From assembly GCA_024697845.1 (NCBI GenBank), contig JAILRZ010000049.1:11404-75403 (forward strand): DNA of 64,000 nt, given 5' to 3'. Below are positions 58,363 to 64,000 of the stretch, in pieces. Under the pieces are notes generated by a model. That model searched no databases, was not told where the DNA came from, and saw only the letters and a list, made by a program, of their open reading frames with translations. Both the position numbers and the translations under genes were made by a program. The first letter of the stretch is position 1. Each line of letters opens with the position of its first letter. This DNA comes from Eubacterium sp. (GTDB lineage Bacteria > Bacillota > Clostridia > Lachnospirales > Lachnospiraceae).

Positions 58363-60816
58363 TTACCACTTTAAGTCAATTACTAATGCGGTTGCATTTG
58401 TGTAATGAAGTAATGTACTCTGATCATTTACGTCATCGTAGCAGAATCCGTATGCAAGATTGCTTACTGAATTTTCATGCCAGAATCTTGAGTACCAGTT
58501 GTAAGTGCTGTTCTTGTAGTATGCACCTGGGTTGTTGTAATTTGCAGGATCTGTTGCAACACCTCTGTTGAATGCTGCACAAAGCTGAGCTTCAATTACA
58601 AGTTCTGTAGAGTTTCCTCTGTTAAAGTTTCCTTTTCCTTCTAATACATCCTGTGTGGTTGGTTTGTATACATAGTATGTTCCACCATCACCGGCTTTGG
58701 TAAATCTCATTCTGTCGCCTTCAACACGTCCTGTAAATGTTCCTGCTTCACACTGGAATACTAAATTCTGTGAAGAATACTTATTCCAGAATTCATTAAT
58801 ATAATTATCAAAATATCTTGCGTATGCCTGTCCTTCGTTGAAGGTTTTCTTACATGGTGCCATGATTCTCTTATCATCTACCAATGTTTTCCATTCTGAA
58901 GGAGCATTGTTCTTAAACTTGTTAAATGTATCTGTTCTTGATCCGATATCACCAACTACCTTATCGTATGTTGGATAATCTCCAGGTCTGTTATCAAAAC
59001 CACCTGTTCCGTAAAGTCTTGTTACCATTGGGAAAGAATAGAAATCTACACGAGTTGTATTTCCCCAATATTCTCTACCGGTTACTGTAAATTCAGCAAA
59101 TTCAAATAATACATCCTGGTTTGGATCTGATGTATTGTTAAGGTCTGGTCCTGCATAACCAACTCTGCCGTCTGCAGCATTGTTGAATGTAATATAAACA
59201 GGGCTTCCATAGCTTAAGTACATTCTTCCGGATACGATACTTGGAAGGTATACCCAGCTCTTTTCAGAGATTGGATGACAAATGTTTGCACACATTCTTC
59301 CGTTCTTTGAAATGGTATTCATACTTGCATTTGCCGGAATTAGATTTCCGTTGGTATCTAAGTAGCAAAGCTGATTGCTTGAATTGTATCCAAGTACACA
59401 CCAGTAAATCTGGTTGTCAGCATATTTTCCGTTTGTCTTGTTATTCAGCTGTAAGAACATCTTGTCATTTACAGGAATGTCATTTCTGAGATTTGGTTTT
59501 TCCACTCCTGATACTGTTCCGCCGGATGCCTGCTGCTGTTTCGTTGTAGTTGTCTGCTGAACAGAACCGGAACCTGTGACGTTTACTGATAAAGATGTCT
59601 TTGCTGATTCTTTGTTTCCGCTTACTGTTGTTACTGATACCGTATGATTTCCTGCTGCAATTCCTGTGTATGTGTAGTATGCACATTTTACTCCGGATGC
59701 AACGCGGTTATTATCAATGTATACGTTGTAATTGTTAATGTTTCCTGCCCCCCAAACAACACCGATTGTATTATTTGCCGGACAAGATACTACTAAACCA
59801 AATGGCTGTGCAATGCTTGTATCTGTTGCTGTAGAAGCCTTTGTTGTAGTTGGTGTCTGTGTTGTTGATTTCTTACGAACAACGATGGAAGACATCTTGT
59901 CATTCCAATCATTTCCAATCCATGAAGTATCGGAAGAAACGACTTTCTGTGCTCCCTGGAAGTTGTCATCCCAGTACAGAACTGCTTCGTATCCTGATGC
60001 CACCTTTAATGAAGAAAGGTCATCATTCTTAAATCCTTTTGCACCTAATGCTGAAAGGTTGTAAGAACCTTCATTTAATGCTGCAACACGTCCGCCGTAG
60101 TTAATATCCTGATAGATATAAACAACGCCTGTTTCTGCTGCCTTTGTTGTTGCCGGTGCTGTAGAACCAGCAACGGTTACTGTTGTAGATACTTTTTCTG
60201 ATTCTGCTGAACCACTCACTGTTGAGATTGCAACGGTATGTGTTCCTGCTGCGTATCCTGTGTATGTATAGTAAGCACATCCCACTGCACTGCTTACTTT
60301 CTTTCCATCAATGTATACGTTGTAGCTGTTAATGTTTCCTCTTCCCCAAACAACTGCGATTGTATTGTTGGAAGGACTGCTTGCTACTAATCCAAATGGT
60401 TTTTCAATTGCAGCGTTGCTGCTTGATGAAGAACCTGTCTTGTAAGACATTTCCGGTGAATCATACTGTAAACCACCTTTGTTGTAAGTGAAGAATACTT
60501 TGATTGTATCACCTGTCTTTAATCCTGTAATGGCAAGATTGAAATCATATCCATTACCGCTTGCCATGTTGACATTCTGCTGTGCGCCATCATTCACTTT
60601 GAAGTGAGCAATTACGTACTGTGCATAATTATTTGCCTTGAATGTCAATGTTGTCTGTGTTGCTGAGTTGTCTGTCGCTGTTACTGTGTAATCAGCTCCT
60701 GTGCCAATAGTTGCTGCGGTTACAACTTTCTTTGTGGATGGTGTAACAAAAGATGTTAGTACCAATGCCATTGTTAAAAGAACTGCCGTAACTCTTTTGA
60801 TCGTTCTTTTCTTCAT
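58363..60816 (-). CDS. Secreted modular beta-1,3-glucanase: CBM56-like, beta-sandwich, beta/gamma-crystallin, beta-sandwich, GH64
   Basis: GH64 motifs SGRMYLSYG, FEFAEFT, NTTRVD, LCAAFNR and AYGFCYDDV; crystallin motifs YQDINYGG and WDDNFQG. Confidence 0.85.
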   Translation of the reverse strand: MKKRTIKRVTAVLLTMALVLTSFVTPSTKKVVTAATIGTGADYTVTATDNSATQTTLTFKANNYAQYVIAHFKVNDGAQQNVNMASGNGYDFNLAITGLKTGDTIKVFFTYNKGGLQYDSPEMSYKTGSSSSSNAAIEKPFGLVASSPSNNTIAVVWGRGNINSYNVYIDGKKVSSAVGCAYYTYTGYAAGTHTVAISTVSGSAESEKVSTTVTVAGSTAPATTKAAETGVVYIYQDINYGGRVAALNEGSYNLSALGAKGFKNDDLSSLKVASGYEAVLYWDDNFQGAQKVVSSDTSWIGNDWNDKMSSIVVRKKSTTQTPTTTKASTATDTSIAQPFGLVVSCPANNTIGVVWGAGNINNYNVYIDNNRVASGVKCAYYTYTGIAAGNHTVSVTTVSGNKESAKTSLSVNVTGSGSVQQTTTTKQQQASGGTVSGVEKPNLRNDIPVNDKMFLQLNNKTNGKYADNQIYWCVLGYNSSNQLCYLDTNGNLIPANASMNTISKNGRMCANICHPISEKSWVYLPSIVSGRMYLSYGSPVYITFNNAADGRVGYAGPDLNNTSDPNQDVLFEFAEFTVTGREYWGNTTRVDFYSFPMVTRLYGTGGFDNRPGDYPTYDKVVGDIGSRTDTFNKFKNNAPSEWKTLVDDKRIMAPCKKTFNEGQAYARYFDNYINEFWNKYSSQNLVFQCEAGTFTGRVEGDRMRFTKAGDGGTYYVYKPTTQDVLEGKGNFNRGNSTELVIEAQLCAAFNRGVATDPANYNNPGAYYKNSTYNWYSRFWHENSVSNLAYGFCYDDVNDQSTLLHYTNATALVIDLKW

Positions 60817-60956
60817 TTTTTCTCTTCTCCTCTTTCAATTTTTTCTCGATCCCTATGTGTGATTTTATCACTCGTACATCAATAGTTTTACTTGAAAGAG
60901 AATTCAAACTAAAGTGGATTTTTTATTAAAAAGGTATCTTATTTTGTAAAATACGT

Positions 60957-60978
60957 TTTTTGTTATCGATAACAAAAA
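60957..60978. promoter_or_regulatory. Perfect 22-bp palindrome; cre / LacI-family operator candidate
   Basis: TTTTTGTTATCGATAACAAAAA; core TGTTATCGATAACA fits TGWNANCGNTNWCA. Confidence 0.65.
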
Positions 60979-61060
60979 TAGAACGAATACCAAAATAAAA
61001 TTTGAAGCACTAATTCACACAACAAAAAAGTGATGCGGAAAAACCACATCACTTTTACCT

Positions 61061-61696
61061 CTAATATCGATATTTTTTCATTGCCGGCTCTAAAACAAAT
61101 TTTTCAAACAAAAAAATTGTTAGATACGGTAAAACCACGATTAAACCTGCAAGAATTCCCTTTGTTCTGGAAATTCCGGAAAAACCGAATAATCCATTGG
61201 TGGAAAAAAGTCCCACCATCACCAATAATAATACCGGTGAGACAATAAATCCGTATCGCGATCCAACCTGCTCACGCAATACAAACACTACGAAAACCGC
61301 TCCCAGGATTAACATTGATAAAAAGAAAATTGCTATGTTCAATTTTCCATTCTCATTATCAAATCTCCACACCCTCATAAACATCATTGAAACAAACGCC
61401 ATCAATGCTGTGTGAATCAATAGAATTCCATATGCAACCTTTAACCGTCCTTTTCGATTGCTTCTGATAAAAGAAATTGTGAAAACTAGCATTCCCACAA
61501 ATTCGATTCCCATCAATCCTGCGGTAAGAATATGTGCCTTACGAAAAATTTCCGGATCATTTAACTTGTCCCATCCTATCATTTTCATCAAGCACGCAGT
61601 TCCCGTAAAATACGAAACTTTCCACATCTGAACCAAAATCGCGAGTTCAGATAAGATACACATAATAATAATACCTATTCGCTTAATTTTGCCCAT
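61061..61696 (-). CDS. Hypothetical multi-pass membrane protein
   Basis: Six hydrophobic segments; terminator hairpin at about 61026-61052. Confidence 0.7.
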   Translation of the reverse strand: MGKIKRIGIIIMCILSELAILVQMWKVSYFTGTACLMKMIGWDKLNDPEIFRKAHILTAGLMGIEFVGMLVFTISFIRSNRKGRLKVAYGILLIHTALMAFVSMMFMRVWRFDNENGKLNIAIFFLSMLILGAVFVVFVLREQVGSRYGFIVSPVLLLVMVGLFSTNGLFGFSGISRTKGILAGLIVVLPYLTIFLFEKFVLEPAMKKYRY

Positions 61697-61805
61697 TTTT
61701 TCCTCGTTCCTTTCCATCTACATCCATCATAAACGATAAACGGATTGGATGTCAAAAGAAAAAAGGAAAAACTTTTATTATAAAGTTCTTCCTTAACTTC
61801 GCTTA

Positions 61806-62060
61806 TTATTTATTTTCTAAAAAGTTTGCAATTCCCTCAATTGCCTGAACTTCATCTTCTCCTTCAGCAGAAACACTAACAGTCTGTCCCGGTACAATTC
61901 CCAATGCCATCATCCCCATAATACTTTTTGCATTGACTCTTTTTGTATCTCTTTCTACATAGATTTTACTTTCAAACTGGCTGGCAACCTGTACACATTT
62001 TGCTACCGGGCTAACCTCAACTCCATTTTGAACTTCGATTGTAATATCTCTCGTTGTCAT
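61806..62060 (-). CDS. HPr-family protein lacking His15 (Crh-like)
   Basis: HPr fold with NAKSIMG (Ser46); residues 13-18 are GVEVSP instead of GxHARP. Confidence 0.88.
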   Translation of the reverse strand: MTTRDITIEVQNGVEVSPVAKCVQVASQFESKIYVERDTKRVNAKSIMGMMALGIVPGQTVSVSAEGEDEVQAIEGIANFLENK

Positions 62061-62097
62061 TTCTTTATTCCTCCATATGTTTTTATCATCTCACCTA

Positions 62098-63045
62098 TTA
62101 TGCGCCACGTAGTTCTTCTGCAATCTGACTGATTTTTCTCAGTCGATGATTGACGCCGGATTTTCCCAAAGGCGGTTCCAGCATTAATCCCAATTCCTGC
62201 AATGGCACATCTGGATGCTCAATACGCATCATCGCAATTTCCTGAAGTTTATCCGGGAGATATTGAATTCCCTTCAACTTCATGATTAATTGAATATCTT
62301 CAATCTGACGATAAGCAGTCGTGACTGTTTTTTTGATATTGGCAGTCTCACAATTAACCTGCCTGTTATAGTAATTACTCATATCCTTCAGGATGCGAAC
62401 ATTTTCCATTTCCATCAGGGAAATGGGTGCTTCCATAACATTTAAAATATCAACGATGCCTTCGCCCTCCTTGATATATACCACAAACTTGCCTTTCCTT
62501 GCAACCACTTTTGCATCAATTTGGAAATATTCCATCAATTTTACTAGCTGCATCGATTTTCCATCACTATTGCAGGATATCTCAAAATGATATCCTTTAT
62601 TGGGATCACTTATAGATCCTGCTGCAATAAAGGCTCCTCGAATAAAGGCTCTTTTACAACAATCTTTTTTTATCACAACATTGTTTGTAATGGACAGATT
62701 TTCTTCGATTTCACCATCCTCACGAATCAATTTTGTTGCTTGTAATACCCGCATTGCATCCGAATGCTCCTCTACAGTAATAGTATATGTTTTCTGATTT
62801 TTGGAATATGCACTTTCCTTTTCAACAAATTTTGCCTGAATACGAAAAGATTTCCATAATAATTCTTCCGTCTTTTTTGCAGTGACCTCTGTTTCTGTTC
62901 GCACGGCAACGGCATACTGATTATTTTCATCAATCAAAACATTCCCACACAAAGACAGAATAGCTGATAATTCAGCTATTCTACAATGATTCGCATTACT
63001 AATTTTATTTGCTAATTCTTCTTTCACTTTTCTGGAAAAATTCAT
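62098..63045 (-). CDS. whiA: DNA-binding protein WhiA
   Basis: NFSRKVKEEL, RAFIRGAF.AAGSISDP, NCETAN and KSGVNHRLRK motifs. Confidence 0.96.
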   Translation of the reverse strand: MNFSRKVKEELANKISNANHCRIAELSAILSLCGNVLIDENNQYAVAVRTETEVTAKKTEELLWKSFRIQAKFVEKESAYSKNQKTYTITVEEHSDAMRVLQATKLIREDGEIEENLSITNNVVIKKDCCKRAFIRGAFIAAGSISDPNKGYHFEISCNSDGKSMQLVKLMEYFQIDAKVVARKGKFVVYIKEGEGIVDILNVMEAPISLMEMENVRILKDMSNYYNRQVNCETANIKKTVTTAYRQIEDIQLIMKLKGIQYLPDKLQEIAMMRIEHPDVPLQELGLMLEPPLGKSGVNHRLRKISQIAEELRGA

Positions 63046-63052
63046 AAATCAC

Positions 63053-63913
63053 CTATCTTGTAATATCCCGATGTGCAATTCGGATTCCATAATTTGCTTC
63101 TTCATCATTCAGTCTTTTGAACAATTCTCCTGCCACTGTCACGGAACGATGATGTCCACCGGTACAACCGATTCCAATCACCAACTGATTCTTTCCCTCT
63201 GCAATATAGTTCGGAATCAGGAAAGAAATCATATCCGTCAGTTTTTCCACAAACTGTTCGGAAATTGGTGAATCCATAACATATTCCTGAACTTCTTTTT
63301 CCAATCCGGTTTTCTTTTTTAACTCTGGCACATAATACGGATTTGGCAAAAAGCGCACATCAAAAATCAAATCACAATCTGCCGGAACACCATACTTAAA
63401 TCCAAAGGACATAATGGTAATAAACAAATTTTTATAATCCTGATTATTGATGAAAATGCTTTCAATCTGACTTCTGAGATTTCGCACCAGAAGTTTACTG
63501 GTATCAATAATATAATCGGCCTGTTCCCTCAGAAAATCCAGTTTCTCCCGTTCTTCATTGACTTCATTTTCCACACTGTCGGAATCCCCCATCGGATGGC
63601 TTCTCCGTGTTTCTTTAAATCGCTTAATCAAGGTCGAATTGTCACAGTCCAGGAACAAAATTTCATAATTTTGATCCTTCTCACGCATTCGTTCCAATAC
63701 TTGTGGTAACAAATCCAAATTTTCACCACTGCGGATATCTACACCAATAGCAACTTTATTTTTTTCGCTATTTTCAGAAAATAATAAGTCCACGAAATTT
63801 TCTATTAGTGCAATGGGCAGATTATCCACACAATAATATCCGTTGTCTTCAAACACTTTTAATGCGGTGATTTTTCCCGCACCTGAAATTCCTGTAACAA
63901 TCACAAAACGCAT
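63053..63913 (-). CDS. rapZ: RNase adapter RapZ (YvcJ)
   Basis: VTGISGAGK, CVDNLP, SFGFKYG, DVRFLPNP and GCTGGHHRS motifs. Confidence 0.96.
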   Translation of the reverse strand: MRFVIVTGISGAGKITALKVFEDNGYYCVDNLPIALIENFVDLLFSENSEKNKVAIGVDIRSGENLDLLPQVLERMREKDQNYEILFLDCDNSTLIKRFKETRRSHPMGDSDSVENEVNEEREKLDFLREQADYIIDTSKLLVRNLRSQIESIFINNQDYKNLFITIMSFGFKYGVPADCDLIFDVRFLPNPYYVPELKKKTGLEKEVQEYVMDSPISEQFVEKLTDMISFLIPNYIAEGKNQLVIGIGCTGGHHRSVTVAGELFKRLNDEEANYGIRIAHRDITR

Positions 63914-63928
63914 TCGGCTTTTCTCCCT

Positions 63929-64000
63929 TTAAATTATCTTCACTTCCGGTTCCAAAGTGACATCAAACTGTTCCTGAACCTTCTTCTGCACATCATCCAT
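63929..64000 (-). CDS. murB: UDP-N-acetylenolpyruvoylglucosamine reductase, C-terminal end only
   Basis: Manual translation MDDVQKKVQEQFDVTLEPEVKII-stop; LEPEV is the typical MurB C-terminus and the gene precedes rapZ. Confidence 0.75.
   Translation of the reverse strand: MDDVQKKVQEQFDVTLEPEVKII

Noticed and set aside
880-63271. Many overlapping or antisense ORFs in the track (for example 4723-5325, 16513-17229, 51497-52198)
   Set aside because: Shadows of well-supported genes on the other strand or frame, without RBS or recognisable motifs.
1-64000. tRNA, rRNA, transposase, integrase or prophage genes
   Set aside because: No such motifs were recognised on either strand.

Overview
This is core chromosomal DNA from a low-GC, spore-forming Clostridia member, most like Lachnospiraceae (inferred from gene content and order). 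Most genes lie on the minus strand. Housekeeping genes include plsC, murI, ispE, pgm, cca, metK, murA, aroK, dinB, a split transketolase, recR-ybaB-dnaX, tadA, mecA, dnaE, xth, whiA, rapZ and a partial murB. Sporulation genes include SipL, CotS-like and GH18 proteins. Three RNA elements are absent from the ORF track: a SAM-I riboswitch before metK, a Leu T-box before leuA, and the large SRP RNA before dnaX. Accessory genes include an orphan GH2 beta-glucuronidase, a modular GH64 beta-1,3-glucanase, and LRR, FnIII and solute-binding surface proteins. The most unusual locus is about 20.6-24.5 kb. There, a 2-isopropylmalate synthase is fused in frame to a complete AraC-type DNA-binding domain. 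Its T-box carries an 82-bp tandem hairpin insertion, and two more hairpin-rich segments lie upstream. Other oddities are a 63-bp intergenic tandem array, a candidate sRNA near 37.1-37.4 kb, a sigma-70 homologue lacking region 4, an HPr paralogue without His15, and a 60-aa peptide resembling the SpoIIR C-terminus. I saw no tRNA, rRNA, CRISPR-Cas, transposase or prophage. All family calls come from motif recognition by eye; no database search was run.
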